A DNA stretch of 64,000 nt, taken from NCBI GenBank assembly GCA_965112735.1, contig OZ218951.1, forward strand, positions 4,402,001-4,466,000. Reading direction: 5' to 3'. The notes under the pieces are model-generated. The model was not told where the DNA came from, did no database searches, and saw only the letters and a list, made by a program, of their open reading frames with translations. The translations under genes and the position numbers were made by a program. The number at the start of each line of letters is the position of its first letter. The first letter of the stretch is position 1. This document shows positions 1 through 13,956 of the stretch, one piece after another. Source of the DNA: Phaeosaccion multiseriatum. Taxonomy: Eukaryota > Protista > Ochrophyta, other classes.

Positions 1-2091
1 CAGAGAGAAAGGTGGCCTTGGAGAGAGCGTAAAACAGGTAGGAGCGGAGTTCGTGGCGGTGATTGGGTATGGGCCTCGCTGCTCTGCTCAGTCGGTGCAG
101 AGCCACGGCTGGTCGGAACGGAGGAGCATCACGGGGGTTCAAGACAGTTTCAGGGAGGAGAGAGCATGCCCACTTGGCTGGTCTGACTACCCACTTCACA
201 TGAGCGAGCAGCCGGGACAAGCAGGACCAGATGCCTCGGAGCATCATGAGCGGTTCCCGCCCCTTTGGCTCGTCTGTGCCTCCCCCCCTCTCTCCCTCTC
301 TCCCTCCCTCCCTCCCTCCCTCCCTCCCTCCTTCCCTCTTGCCACTGAAAGTCGCCCAGCGTCACTCCCTCCCGCCTCCTCCTCTTCTGCCCTCATTATA
401 TTATGCCTACACATACCGTTGAAGTTCTGACTATGTACGACCCGCTCTATGAAGTCAGCAGAGGCGCAATACTTGTGGCCGAGCCAGCTGCTCGGCTGTG
501 GGCGGCGCTTACGAAGCTCTGCCCGTATCCGCATCGCCAACTACAGTGAAGGAGAATTGAGGACGCAGGAACGGGGTGAAAAAAGGGAGAGAAGTGCGGG
601 GGGGGGGGGGGGTAACTCAGGAGGTAAGGTTTTCCGACGCTGCCCTCGCCCACCATGTCGACCAAGCCGAGAGTGTCTATGACCATTGCATGCCACACCC
701 AAGGCCCCTCCTCCTTTGGCTGCACGTGAGGAGACGTCACTGCAATCAAGCGGCGCCCCTCTCGTCCATTCATAAACCACACACTCGGGCTCAGCCCCTC
801 CACACCTCTCTCCCACACCCCACCCAGTACGTTCTTTCCGTCTCTGATGCCCTCCGAAACACTAGCCAAACCATTTCTTCCAGGGCGAAAATTGCCGCTC
901 ACCTCCTTCTTGTTCTCGGCCACTGTGTTGGCCAGCGAATAGGCTGACTTCTGAGGGCGCAGCTTGTTCTTGCGCTTGAGCGCCAGGGGCGTGATGTATT
1001 CCCCATTATCTTCAGACGACCTCCGACGCCCTCTGGCATCGAAGGCCAACGCTGTCCCTCTTGCATACATGGTGCTGACTCCCTCCCCTTCTCCTCACCC
1101 CTTTCTCAAGCGACCGCAGAGCAGAAGGACCCCCACGGGTCCCTCTGCAGCGGTGCCAGAGAAAGGGGAGAGGCAACTTCTATTTCATGAGCTCTTGCAT
1201 GTGTTAATGAATTTCCTCCGCGCTGGAAGCACACTGTGTGCCATCGACTCCCTGCACTACTTGTGCTCCAACGCGTCAGCAGGTGCAAGGCCAAGCTCGC
1301 GCCTGCCAGCCCATTTCTCTCCACTCTCCCACCTCCTCCTCCGGGGCTCTGCCTCTGATCTTCTTTTCAGGTATCTACCTAGTACTTCACCGCTGTCTGT
1401 CAATTAAAGAAACTGGGCTCCTCATCATTGCTAGAACCAGTCCTTTTCCTTTAACCACTCGTATTACGGTATGTATGGTATGAGACAAAATACGGTTTCA
1501 ATCGAGCTCGACTTTTTTTGTCGAGGTCAAATTAGCGAATTACCAAAAAAGGGAAACGGCAAGAAAGAAAAAAATTGAATAGAGAAAGAAATACGTATGT
1601 GTAGCAATAGGGAAAGTGGTAGTAAGAGCAGTAGTAGCAGTAGGCCTTGATCCCAGAGGGGTAACTGAAAAGGGGCCTTGGCCCACCGGAAATCTGCAGT
1701 TTGGCTGCTGTTCTGTTGAGCCACTCTGGACTCACATATGCCCCAAATGCCCTGTGTGTAGCCAGTCACCCATGCCTGCTGCGTTGAAGAGGTCCCTCCC
1801 AACAAGCACCCATGGAGGCTGCCTCTAGCGTGTCTAAGGCTGGAACTGGCTCGCGGAACAAAGGCTGTGCAAGTTTTGCAAAAGATGAGGGCTTGGAGGG
1901 GGGGACGGCCACCAGCAACAGTAGTAGAAGCAGTGGCGACGCCCCTTCTTTCTCGTCTTCGTTGTCTTCTTCCATCTCCCTCAGACTGTGGAAGCCGCGA
2001 CTGGTAAGATTCGTGCTCGGAGGGCGGCCGAGGGATATCAATCCTTGTTCAGGTCTTTTCTCACTCTGACGCCTCCATCCATCCAATATGT

Positions 2092-4712
2092 ATGCACCCC
2101 CTCTCCTCCTCCACTCAGCGTCAACGTCAGCAATCATGGCAGCCACAGTCTGGTTCCATTGACAAATGTCGCGAAGAGACTACTTCAGAGGCCTTAACTG
2201 AGCTGAAGGAAAAGGGGTGGGACAGGACTGCGGGAGGCGGTTTAGGCGGTGGTGGTACATGTAGTGGGGCCGAGGCTGTCACTCCCAGGTTGCTGAGAAG
2301 GTGGACGTTTGCCACAGGTTCAATAGAAGAGACTGCGCGAGGGTCGAGAAAGGGGGTCGAAGGAAGCAGCTTACGGGCGGGTCAGGTAGTGGATGGCAGC
2401 ATACGGGTCGTCGACTTCGCCGTGCGGCACCGCCTAAAGACCCAGCTCTCGGCCTCGGACGTTTTCAGCGACAACGAGGACATCGGTCACAGCAGCAGCC
2501 GGAGCAGAAGAAGGAGGAGGAGCAGCACCAGCAGTAGCGTCGGCAGCAAGAGAAGCAGTGAGCAAGTCGTGCTGAGGACAGGCCGTCACAGCCTGCCTCT
2601 CACACCTTTCTTCTCTTCTTCAGAGGCCCTCTACAGTGACTCCAGCGATGCTGCTGCTGTCTGTGGTGACACGGATCCCTACCCTTCGCCTGCGCGGTCG
2701 CCATCTTCTGCCGTCACACCGACCGCTACAGGGGCGAGAGGTGCGCCACCCACAGCAGCCACAGAACGATTGCACAGGTCAAAGGCAAGGGCAGCAGCAG
2801 GAGCAGCAGGAGCTAAGAGAGAGGCCAAAGTAACGGGGGATGAAACGGCCGCAGTGGTGAGAGACGAGACTCCGACTTACAGTAGCAGAAATAGCAGCAG
2901 GGCCGCATTTCTTTTCAGTAGTAGCAGTAGTAGTAGCAATAGTAGCTGTAGCAACAACAGCTCTGTGCACTCACGGAAGAAGAAGAGTGCACAGGCGAGG
3001 GACGAGGAGGGGGGGAAAGATGTGGAGAGGCGACATGGGAGTACTGAGAGCAACCAAGGCCTGGACCGTGAGGATGGGCATAACGAGGGAGAGGAGGTGG
3101 TGCAAGGGGCCACACCAGCAAGCGACGACAACTGGGACTTGTCGCCGCGAGGTAGAGATGAGGGGAAGGAAGAGGATGGAGCCGGACCAGCGGGGGGCGG
3201 AGGAGCTGGGGTGGTATGGGGAGAGCAGACTACAGCAGTACGTGCAGCAGTTGGTGATATAGCAGCAGGAGGACGAGGAGGAGGGGGAAGAGCAGACTCG
3301 CCCCACACACCTTTCCGGACCCCTAGACCCTCGCATACAGTGGTGGAACACGCACCGATAGCGTCGTCGCCATCTGGGACCCTCACGACCCCAGGGGGCA
3401 AGCAGGGTCACCAGTTGGTGACACAGCAGCAGCGAAATCGGCCTAGGCCCAACAGTACCCTGGGGAGGCACGAGAGAAAGTCCCTGAGCATCAGTGACAA
3501 GCTCAAGTTCTTCGAAGCACCAACTCTCAGCCTTGGAGGAGGAGGAGGAGGAGGAGGAGGAGGAGGAGGAGGAGGGAGAAGGAGCTCCACAGCCTCCTCT
3601 ACCTCGTCACCCGCCACGCGGCACACACGCACCCCTACCGACGGCCGTGTCGTACGGAGGATATTCGTCGAAGCAGATGGAGGAGGAGCAGGAGGACGAC
3701 GAGGAGGAGATGGCGGTAGTGGTGGCGGCAGCGGCAGCAATGGCGCTGCTGGACAAAGGGAGGGAAATTACGGCAGTGGTAGTGGCAGTAGGCCGACAAG
3801 CGTCCACGGCCAGGAGGGGGGGGGCGTTTCGCCTGCTGCTTTATTGTCAATTGACGTCTCCAACCACGACCAGCAGCAGACTGAGCAGCTGCAGCAATTG
3901 GTGGTACAGCAGCAGTGCGCTGACGCTGTCCAAGAGATGCATCGAGTGTCAGGTTCTGCCCCTTCCTGGGAGAAGAAAGAGCAAGGCGATGATGGACCCG
4001 GTTGTTGTTCGACGCCTCTTGGGTCGGAGAAAGCGAAGACGACGGACGGGCGGCGGCGGAGTGGTGTCGGCAGTAGTGGCAGTGTGAGCTCTGCTACCGA
4101 CGAGAAGGGTATGAGTGTGGGGCACGAGCAGGCGGCTGAAGCTGTGGCCGTGGCTGTGGCTGTGGCTGTGCCTCCACACGGGGGGGATGGAGATGGCAAC
4201 TTATGTACTGGCACAGGCTTGGCTTTGCTGCCTCATACGGCGAGCAGCAGCAGGGAGATGAAGGATGGCCGCCCTGCCGCTGTAGTGCCAACTACTGTTG
4301 TCACTGCTGCCGCTCCAGCGGCAGCAGCAGTTGATGATATAGTAGCGCTGGCGATTGAGGTCAACAACCACGATCCCTCTGCGTTCAGTGGAGAACTCAG
4401 TCAGCTCAGTTCCGCGTCTTCGCTGGACGATGACGACTGGATCACGGTGAGGCAGGGGGGGGGGCAGGACGAGGGACGGAGGGAATGGAAGGAACGATGT
4501 GATTTAGGACTGAACCTAAGGAAAGCGAGGAAGTTACAATTTGACTTTGGAGGTCGGTAGGGCCAAGGAATCCTTCGTTGCTCTCGAATCCTCTGAAGGT
4601 CGAGTTGGTCTGCTGTGTGCATGTGAGGTGGGGCGGGCGCAATGGGAGTAGAAGGAAGCAATATCTGGGCGTTATCTCGACACCCACCCACTCCCATGCA
4701 CATCCATCCACC

Positions 4713-4743
<31 letters not shown>

Positions 4744-5042
4744 TCACGCACGCAATCACACGTACATCAACATGCGATTATTTGTCACTCACAGGTGAGC
4801 GACGACGACGACATGTGTCTGACGAGTCCTCGTCACTGCAAGACCTCGCTCTCGGCGCACCATGACAAGACGCACTGCGACGAGAGCTACGAGTTCACAC
4901 AGTCGGGGGTGAGTGCGATGGAAGTGGAATCGGAGCCCTGCCCCTCCCATCTTTGTGCTCTGCGGTGGCTGGACCCTCCTCATCGCTCCGTCCCTACCCA
5001 CCTGTTGCTGTATCACCAACTGCTGCTGTAACACTAACTTTG

Positions 5043-5082
<40 letters not shown>

Positions 5083-8000
5083 TGCTGCTACCTACTATTA
5101 CTGTGTACTCTCTCTCTCTTTCTGAATCTCTGTGTGTGTCGAATACGAAGGGCATAACGCTGAGAGGCTTTCCCTGCGAGATTCGAGAGACGGGCATAGT
5201 GCATAGCCCGATCCCTTCTTGTCCCACTCCCCACGAGGGCTTCGCGTCGAACAAACGCAGCAATAGCAGAAGCAGTGCATTCAGCAGCAGCAGTAGCAGC
5301 AGCAACATCATCAGCCGTAGCAGTCACAGTATGAGCACGAGCAGCATTTGTAGCAACGGCACCGGCACCACCAACGGCGACGATGTTTCCAGCACGAGAA
5401 AGAAGGCTCTTCTCGAAGGATGCCAACCGCAGCAGCAGCGACAGCAGTTGGTGATACAGCCTGTGTGTGTTTCTCCACCATCGCAACCCCCCTGCGAGAG
5501 TGTCCCTACCCTTACTCCTTACCGTGGCCGCCCGACCACAACCTTGCAAGGAGCAACGGCACGTGTTGGTGATGCATCAGGAGGGGAAGGAGCCGTTGCT
5601 GCTCAAGACTGCACTACGAGTCCAGTGTTGGCCAAGCCCAGGACGGCCGCCCACCCTTCTTCTTGCGCCACTTCCCCTCCTTCTTCCTGCTCTTCTCCCT
5701 CCCCTCATCGCAGACCCCTGTCAGAAAAATCCCAGCAACAGCAACAGCAGGAGGAGGAGAGTCACAGATGGCAGCAGCACCTGTCGCCACCGCCGACGCC
5801 GGAGTCCCACCACCCTCACGAGCGCAAGCTGCCCTTCAGAGAGCGCCTGGTGATGCTGTGCAAGCTCGGGCAGGGCAGCACCAGTGTGGTGTACAAGGCC
5901 TTCGATCTGCTCGAGCTTAGAATCGTCGCCGTCAAGGTCAGTGTCTGTGTGTCTCTCTCTCTGTCTGTCTGTGTGTGTGTGTGTTCTTTTTTTTCCCCTC
6001 TCTTCCTGTCTTCCTGGCTTGCTGCCGTGCTGCCCCCCCCCTCCAAACCCTAAGCTCCGCTCTCCTGCCCTTTCCCCCTGCCTCCTTAGGTGGTGCCTGT
6101 GTTCGACCGCTGCAAGCGTCGCCAAATGTTGCACGAGTTGGAAGCGATGTACGACGTCCTCTCCACCGAGGAGGAGGAGGAGGAGGGGATGGCACACACT
6201 GACGCCACAATGAGTCAAGAGACAGAGGCACCACAGGGAGGAGAGGCGAGTTTTACAAAGGCCGGCAAAGTCGGCAGCAGCAGCAACGGGAGTACTGATT
6301 CGGATGGTGGAGGTGGTACGACCCAGGGAGCCAAACGGCGCACCAGCCACGCGCTGACGAAGGCGTCTTCTTTCTCGGAGCATAAGACGACCCTGCCCAC
6401 CAATGCCCAAGGTGGGTGGGTCTGTGGGTCGGTTGGGTGGTCGGTCGGTCGGTCTGTAGGTCCTTCGATATATTCTTTTGATCCATCTGAGCGTGAATCA
6501 TGCATCAAAATCTGAACTGCTTCTCTCCGCCCTTCCTCTTTTCTCTCATGCACCCGTGCATCCACCCTTTGTCCACACCCACCCACTCTCAGGCCGGCGG
6601 TGCCTGGTGTCATTCTACGATGCCTTTGCCAACATGGCAGAGGGGAGCATGTGTCTGATGCTCGAGTACATGGATGGCGGGTCTTTGGACGACCTACCGC
6701 CAGGGGGTATCTCTTGCGAGAAGACCATTGCCAACATCGCCCGTCAGAGTCTGTTGGGGCTGCAGTACCTGCACCACTGTCGGCAGGTCAGTTGGTCAGT
6801 TCCTCTCCCCTTTACTCATCTCCTCTCCTTTGACTTTCCTTCTCTGCCCTCCTCTTCTCTCCTCTCCTTCAACTCCCTTCCCCTGCTCACTCCTCTCTTC
6901 CCCTGCCCTCCCCTGCCCTCCCCTGCCCTCCCTCCCTCTCATTCCTCCACTCTCCTCTCCTTTGAAACTCACAGATCCACCGTGATGTGAAGCCTGCCAA
7001 CATCCTCATCAACCAGCGCGGAGAGGTGAAGGTCAGCGACTTTGGCATCGCGCGGAGCTTGGACGAGATGGCTCCGAGGGAGGTGGAGACGACTGGTCAG
7101 CAGCAAGGGGCGGCGAAAGGAGCTGCAGCAGCAGCAGCAGCAGCAGCAGTTGTTGATACAGCAGCAGGACAGGAAGGTGGCGCGATGACGACGGCAAGCA
7201 CAAGAAGCACGTCAGGGGGAGAGGGGACTATACCCCAGACCGCTGTGAACGGTGGCAGCAGTGGCTCCAGCAGCTCGACCACTGGCACCAGCAACAGCAC
7301 CAGTAGGCAGCACCAGCGGCCGCAACCACAGCAGTTGGTGATACAGCCGCCGCCAGTACCACTGCCGCAGCCGCAGCACATGGAGAGGCGCCTGCGCGGC
7401 ACCAACACCTTCATCGGCACGCTGACGTACATGTCTCCGGAGCGCATCAACGGGATGGAGTACGCACAGCCCTGCGATGTGTGGAGCCTCGGCCTGACCA
7501 TCCTCGTCGCGGCAGAAGGCAAGCAGCCCATCGACACCAAGGTCAGTTAGTCACTCACTCACTCAGTCAGTCACTCTGTTGGACTATTAGCTAGTCCGTC
7601 GGTGTTTTCTGTCGAACCATCGGTCGGTCGGTCAGTGTATGTATATTTCGGTCTGTCCACGAAGGGACTCCTCACTCTTGCATGAGACACGAACGATTTC
7701 CTCATGAGCCCCCCCCCCCACCCTACGCTCGCTGCCCTGGCCGTACCCTCCTCCCTCCTCCCTCTACCTACTACCCCACTCTACCCAACCCTCTCCCCCC
7801 CTCTCCTTCTCTTCCCCTTCCCCCTGCTCTCCCTCCCCCTCCCGTATCTTGTGTCTTGCGTATGCGTGTTCGTGTGTGTGTGTGTGCGTGTTCGTGTGTG
7901 TGCGCCTCCCCTCCCCAGGGGGGCTACTGGAGCGTGCTGCACTGCATTAGAGACGACCCTCCGCCGCAGCTGCCCGCAGACAAGTGGAGTCCTGAAATAC

Positions 8001-9080
8001 GTAAGTGCTACGTAACATTGCGCTCTCTTTTCTGCCTGTCTGTCTGTCTGTCTGTCTGTCTGTCTCGCTCTCTCTCTGCACCACACGCACTCGCGCGCAC
8101 ACACACACACGAAGCCCGCTCCGGCCCCGCACCGCCGCCCCTCTCATGTTGCACCCCTCCCAACCCACCTACCCACCCCACACATGCCACCCACCGGTGC
8201 TTCCCTCCCTCACCTTCTGCCCTGGTCCTCCCGTCCCTCCCTCCCCTCCCTCCTTCACTCACTCACTCACTCCCTCCGTCCCTCCTTCCCTCACTCCACT
8301 GTCTTAGGCGACTTTGTGGCGTGTTGCTTGCGAAAGGATCCCGATAAGCGCGCCACAACCTCATCTCTTCACCAACACCCCTTCATCCAGAGCATTCAGG
8401 ACCTTGGGGCCTCGTCCTTCCCAGCTGCTCAAGACAACGCTGCGCTCTTTACTTCCAACCTCGCAGAAGTTCGAGACATTGTTAATGCCGTGGAGGCGCA
8501 CGTGAGCAGGCTGACGGAGGAAGGAGGAGGAGAAGGAGAAGAGGAAGGGGAAGAGGGCAAGAGAGAGGGTGGCGGCAGCAGCAGCGGTGCCTTCAGTAGC
8601 CTCTTTAGTGGTGATGGTGGCAACGCTGCCACTGCTGTATCACCAACTTGCTCTGCTGCGGCTGCGGCGGAGGCGGAGGCTGACCATGAAAATGGCCCCT
8701 GCGAGGAGGGGCGGAGAGGAGGAGTGGCGAATAGAGGAAGGGCTCAGGAGGCCGTTCACTGCCGCTGTTGCCTCCTCCGACGCCCCTCTCGGCAGCAAGT
8801 GATGCACCGGCTGCTGGACGAAGCGGTGTCCACGCGGAAGCTCGTGCGTTGGGCAGAGCAGATGTGCCTGCCGTATCAGACGGTGGCGGGGGTGTGTCGG
8901 GACGCGCTCAGAAGGGTGGACGGCGGAGCAGGGGAAGGAGCAGGGGAAGGGGCCGGGGTAGGAGGGGAGGGGTCGGAGGGGACAACCGCCACGACGAGCA
9001 GAGGGGTGGACAGTACCACCAGCAGCAGTTTCGTGAGCGGTGAGAGGACGAGGAGCACTCGCAGTAGGAGTAGTAGTAAT

Positions 9081-9111
<31 letters not shown>

Positions 9112-9281
9112 AGGGTAGAGACTACCGGGATGGATCTATCTCTCCATCTGCAGAGGCCGCGGTGAGGGCGCGCGGTCGGGCAGCGGCGCGCAGCGAGGCG
9201 CGTAGCAGGTCCATCTCACGCTCCGTCGGTCGCTCCTTCAGTCCCTCCAGGGCACTCTCGCCCCAGGCCCCCGTGTTCTGA
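2092..9281 (+). CDS. MAP kinase kinase (STE7/MAP2K family) with very long low-complexity N-terminus; ~8 exons
   Basis: Approximate exons 2092-4446, 4795-4908, 5151-5936, 6090-6411, 6592-6786, 6974-7542, 7919-8000, 8308-9281, all GT-AG. Kinase motifs: [71 protein letters not shown]. The SYEFTQSG motif before the kinase domain resembles plant/oomycete MKKs. The 5' start is uncertain. Confidence 0.88.
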
Positions 9282-9475
9282 GTGGGGGGGGGGGTAGAGG
9301 GAAGGGAGCATCCAATGGAGCCACCGTGCCCTTCCCATCTCATCCCAGCTTTTTGCGGTTTCAGCTTGTACACACACCGCGTTCCCTGCCATCCATACCC
9401 GGACAATTAATAATTGTGCTTGCTCGTACATATGTGCCCCATGTGCTTCTAATGTATGGTGTTACGCACTTTGCT

Positions 9476-10069
9476 CTAAGCGGTGTCCTCGTCACCAGTA
9501 GCAGCAGGGACAGTAGCTGCAGCTGCGTTGGCACCACTTGTTGCCGCGCTGCCCGGTGTTAGCAGCAGCTCAGCCGCCCAGGCCGCTGCTGCATCCCCCA
9601 CCTCCTCCCACTCCCCCTCCTCCAAGCCTCCGAGCCCCACTTGACCGTAGCGCACTCGGGTCAGATCCGTCACAGGGTAACCGGCATTGCTGAGCATGCG
9701 TCGCACCATCCTGTACTTTCCCTCTGCAACCACCAAGCGCACACTGTTGCCCTCGATTGCCGTTACTCGCGCTGCGTTCACAAAGAGGGCAATGGCGAGG
9801 GAGGGGGAAGTGGATGAGGTGAGAGAGAGGGGAAGAAGGGCTTCAGGTGGAAAAAGAAAGCAAGAGAGACAGTGAAAAGAGAGAGAGCGAGAAGGAAGGG
9901 TTGAGAAGGCTCTTTCCTCTCGTGCCCAGCCAAACCTGTGAATGTTCCGTCGCTCGTCTCCACACCCGCTTCCAGCCGCTTCCTCAGCGCATCCCCGGGG
10001 GGGGGCGAGTCCTCTTTGGGCTCCACAGCGGCGAGGTACTCCCGCTCGATTCCGTACTTGGGCTAAGTG

Positions 10070-10101
<32 letters not shown>

Positions 10102-10161
10102 GGAACAAAGAGACAGACAGACAGACAGACAAACAAACAAACAGACAGACAAAACAGACAA

Positions 10162-10246
<85 letters not shown>

Positions 10247-11796
10247 GAGACAGACAGACAAAACAGACAGACAGATAGGTAGCAACGCAAGCAACCATGC
10301 GTTTGCATCAAAGAATGTATTGGTGGGTACGGGGGTGGGCTCCATTCACACAGATAGACAAGTCAGGCGTGGTGATTCAGAGAGAGCAAATGCCCCATTC
10401 GCAAAGCTCAGGAAGAAGGGAATCGAGAGGAGTGGTTTCTGCTCAGGCATCCTTGCCGTCACTCCTGCCTCACCCCCCCCTGTCTCCCCTTCAAGCAAGT
10501 AAAGCATACTCCCACTCCACTCCCCTCCACTCCCCTCTGTATCCTTCAATCGCTCCTCACTCTCTTCTCTGCACCCCATCCCAACCCAACCAAACCCCAA
10601 CTCCCCCTCCTCCGCACGCGCACACCTGCAGCAGCTTGTGCGTGAGCTGCCCCGAGCTGCTGAGGAGGAGCAGGCCTTGGCTGTCCGCGTCGAGTCTACC
10701 CACGGGATGGAAGACGCGGAGGACGCTCTCAGGTAGCACGTCCTACCACGGAGGGGAGGGAAGGCCACGGGACAGAGGACCGAAAGAAAAGGGACAGAGT
10801 AGCGCAAGGTGCGTAACGCAGGGAAGGAGGGTGAGGGTGAGGGAAAGTTGGTGAGGATGAGGGTGAGGGTCGAGAAGATGGACAGCAAGCACACCCTTAG
10901 CTAATGCCCCCACGGTCACTCGTTCTATAGTCAAATGATTTGTGTGGCTTGTCGAAACTGCGCCTCTCCATTCGTGTGGCTGGCTTGCCGAGGCTGGACC
11001 TCCCCCTTCGACTGCATCACTGCTCCCCGCACTCCCGAGCACGAGCAAGCAAAAGAAACGAGCCTTGTATGTCTGTCTGTCTGCCTGCCTGCCTGCCTGT
11101 CTGCCTGCCCACCTACCCTTCCTACCTGTCTGCCTTCCTTTCTTCCAGCCTGCCTGCCTGCCCCCTCACCTTGAGATGTTCTCTGTCCCAGTCATCGCCC
11201 ATGGTGGTGATGATGCCCTTCGGCTTGTAGAAGGCCATGAGCAGAGCGTTCGGTCCCACCTCTGCATGAGGAACACAGGCAGGTGGAGGGTAGACTCATT
11301 AGTACACGCAAGTGCTCGAGAAGTTAGCTGCAGAGCGATCCGTGTCGACCTTCCCCACCGCCCCCCTAGGAGACCAAGGCTACTACTTACCCTCGCCGAG
11401 CACGGTAAAAACAGAGTCCTCTCGAAACTTCTCCGCCGGCTTCTTCACCACCCTCCCGTCTAGCATCACCCGCCCCTGTCGAATCAGCTTGTCGCACTCC
11501 TTCCGGCTGCCCAAGCCTCTGTTGGCCAGGAGTCTCTCCAAGCGAAGAGAGGCACACGGTGGGGGCGGTGAGGAGGCTGACGAGCCAGCCGAATTAGAAA
11601 TAATGGTAGCCGCAGGAGACCGGGGTCGTTTACGGACAAGTCTCTGCCGATTAAGGACACTAGTGGCCCGAGAAATGTTGCCCCTCCATCCCCCCACGAT
11701 TGAGGAGGGTCTGGCGCAGCTACTCCAGCTCCACGCGGCGGAGGGTCGGGGGAGAAGCATGAGAAGTGTCACACCCCGGCATAGGTGCGCAGGCAT
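9476..11796 (-). CDS. S4-domain RsuA/RluB-family pseudouridine synthase, probably plastid-targeted
   Basis: S4 domain ([26 protein letters not shown]), FYKPKG motif, catalytic [24 protein letters not shown] and LTRVRYGQV. The N-terminus looks like a signal peptide ending SAA|W. About 5 exons. Confidence 0.9.
10070..10277. repeat. (GACA)n intronic microsatellite (a similar array lies at ~45710-45910)
   Basis: Direct inspection. Confidence 0.97.
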
Positions 11797-11933
11797 GCTG
11801 GATAATAAATTGTGCCAAATGGAGAAAAAAAAATGGGGTAAGATACACCAGTTGGTTATAGCGCGTCGACAGCTGTAATCTCGGTGATGTTGTGTGGTGG
11901 GGAAAGAGAAAGAGAAAGATTATTCTCGATACC
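11797..11933. promoter_or_regulatory. Putative bidirectional promoter between the pseudouridine synthase and ankyrin copy 1
   Basis: Divergent ATGs ~140 bp apart. Confidence 0.45.
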
Positions 11934-13748
11934 ATGCAGAGGGCACTTAGCAACGAGGTAAGGTCCCTTCATCCTCTTCTTTGTGCCGATCTTCTTAGCT
12001 ACACACTCACCCTCTCCCATTGATGTTGCTGCCCCTTGTGGCAGGCCGCTCGTCTTCATGAGGCCATCACAGGCGGTCAGAGCGTCGGGCAGGTACAAAA
12101 AGCCGTGAGGGCCCTCGTCGCTAAGAACGGGGGGAGGAGGACATGCTTGGACGAGCCTCTCGATGAGGAAGAACGTGTTCCTCTGCTCATAGCTTTGCGA
12201 AACAGGAGGAATGACATCACTGCTCTTTTGCTGCAAGAGGGGGCCTCGCCGAATGATACGGACCCTTCAAGTGGCTACACTGTGTTGATGTTTGCATGCT
12301 CTATTCCAGATGCTGCTGCTGTACATCAACTGCTCTCTGCGGGGGCTGACGTCGACAGAAGAACCAAGTCTGGAGATACGGCTCTCATGGAGGCTTCCCA
12401 CTGCGGGGCCACTGTGGTGGTGCAGCAGCTGCTATCGGCTGGTGCGGAGCCCAATCTGGCCACTATAACGCAGGGCCATACGGCGCTCATGAAGGCCTCG
12501 TTTCGAGGGCATGACAGGGTGGTCGAGAAGCTACTTTCAGGCGGCGCCGAGATCGACATGATAGGTTCGAGAGGCGATACGGATTTGTTTTTCGCATCCC
12601 AGGAAGGGCATCATGCCGTGGTGCAGCAGCTACTATCGGCAGGCGCTGATCCCAACCACGTGCATTACAGAAATGCATCAGTTGGCACCCCCTTGGGGAT
12701 AGCCGCAGAAAACGGACACCACAGGGTCACGCAGCTGCTTCTCGCCGCCGGGGCAGATGTGAATAAGGCAGCCAGCGACGGAATGTTTCCGCTCTTTCAG
12801 GCGAGCGAGTTTGGTGAAGGTACTGTAGTGGAGCAGCTCATTACAGCCGGCGCGGAAGTTGACACGCATAATGGTGAGAAGGGGAGAACTGCATTAATGG
12901 TAGCGTCTATGGGAGGGCACAGAAGCATTGTGCGGAAGCTGCTCAGGGCTGGTGCAGAGGTGAATGCGTTGAGTTGGGACGAATTTGGAACTGGAGCGAT
13001 ACACTTGGCATCTCAATGTGGTCATGCTCGTGTCGTGGAGGAGCTCATCTTAGGAGGTGCCGAAGTAGACATGCTGGACGGCCAGGGGGCTTCAGCTTTG
13101 TTGACGGCTAGTAGGAAGTGTCATGAGGCAGTGATCCGTGTGCTCCTGTCTGCGGGGGCTGATCCTGACAGTGAGAGCAATATCCACGGCGGTGGAATGC
13201 CCTTGCTTTTTGCAGCACTGAGCGGCCACAGCGGGCCGGCGCTGGAGCTGCTCTCAGGAGGAGCTTCACTGTCAAAGGCCCTGACAGTGGCCCGAGGACA
13301 ATTCGATGGAGGCCCCTTTGTTGAATTCCTCCTTGCCGTGGACAGACAGCACTTTGCGTCACAAAGCGCGTTGGACCTGATGCGGGGCACTGACCTTCTC
13401 TTTGGCAAGGAAGGGAGGCTGAAGGTATCGCAGAGAGAGGTTAGCCCTGAGGTGCTGCAGGAGGTGGCGGAGGAGATGGCATGACATGTTGGCAATTTAT
13501 CATGTTGTGAAGGAACGCAGAGTGAGCTGGAGCTGTGTCACAACAAAGGGAGGAGCGGCAGGGAGCAGAGGGCGAGGTGGGACCACTTAGAAGGTTACGC
13601 ATCAGCCTCGGTCTCCATGCGAGTCCCATCCAAGAGCAAGCAGAGTACTCTCGCACCTCCGGCCCACCGGGGGGGGGGGGGAGATCAACAGGCAGAGGCG
13701 AAGGATGTGTGGGGGAGTCGGTGATACAGCAGCAGCCGGCAGGAGGAG

Positions 13749-13780
<32 letters not shown>

Positions 13781-13950
13781 TCACTTACGAGAGCAACAAC
13801 ACGAGGGATCGATCTCAGGCGTCGTTTTCCAGTCAAAGGTATCTTGAAGAATGATTAATGGATGATGGATGGATGGATGGATGAGACAAGAGGGAGAAGC
13901 AGAAGCATACGATACGACCACATCAGGTGTCTGAGATGTGCGGACATCAT
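11843..13950 (+). repeat. Segmental duplication unit A (pairs with ~16822-19060)
   Basis: Near-identity starts at atacacca(g/a)ttgg..tagcgcgtcgacagctgtaatctc and runs through the ankyrin gene and 3' region to tgtctgagatgt(g/a)cggac. CDS offset is 5061 bp. Confidence 0.93.
11934..13484 (+). CDS. Ankyrin-repeat protein, family copy 1
   Basis: Exon 1 MQRALSNE (11934-11957), GT-AG intron 11958-12044, then a large exon with ~12 ankyrin repeats (TAL/PL..AS..GH..VV.QLLSAGA) and a non-repeat C-terminal tail. Confidence 0.9.
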
Positions 13951-13956
13951 CACTAT

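Noticed and set aside
447-1070. Minus-strand 207-aa ORF as a gene
   Set aside because: No recognisable domain, and the splice-like signals in the region favour the plus strand.
13420-13484. Similarity of the ankyrin tail KVSQREVS to BCAT KVSERDIS
   Set aside because: Too short, with no extended or DNA-level similarity. Treated as chance.
13535-13858. Short ORF downstream of ankyrin copy 1, with a counterpart at 18596
   Set aside because: Non-ATG start and frameshifted between the two copies. Most likely 3' UTR.
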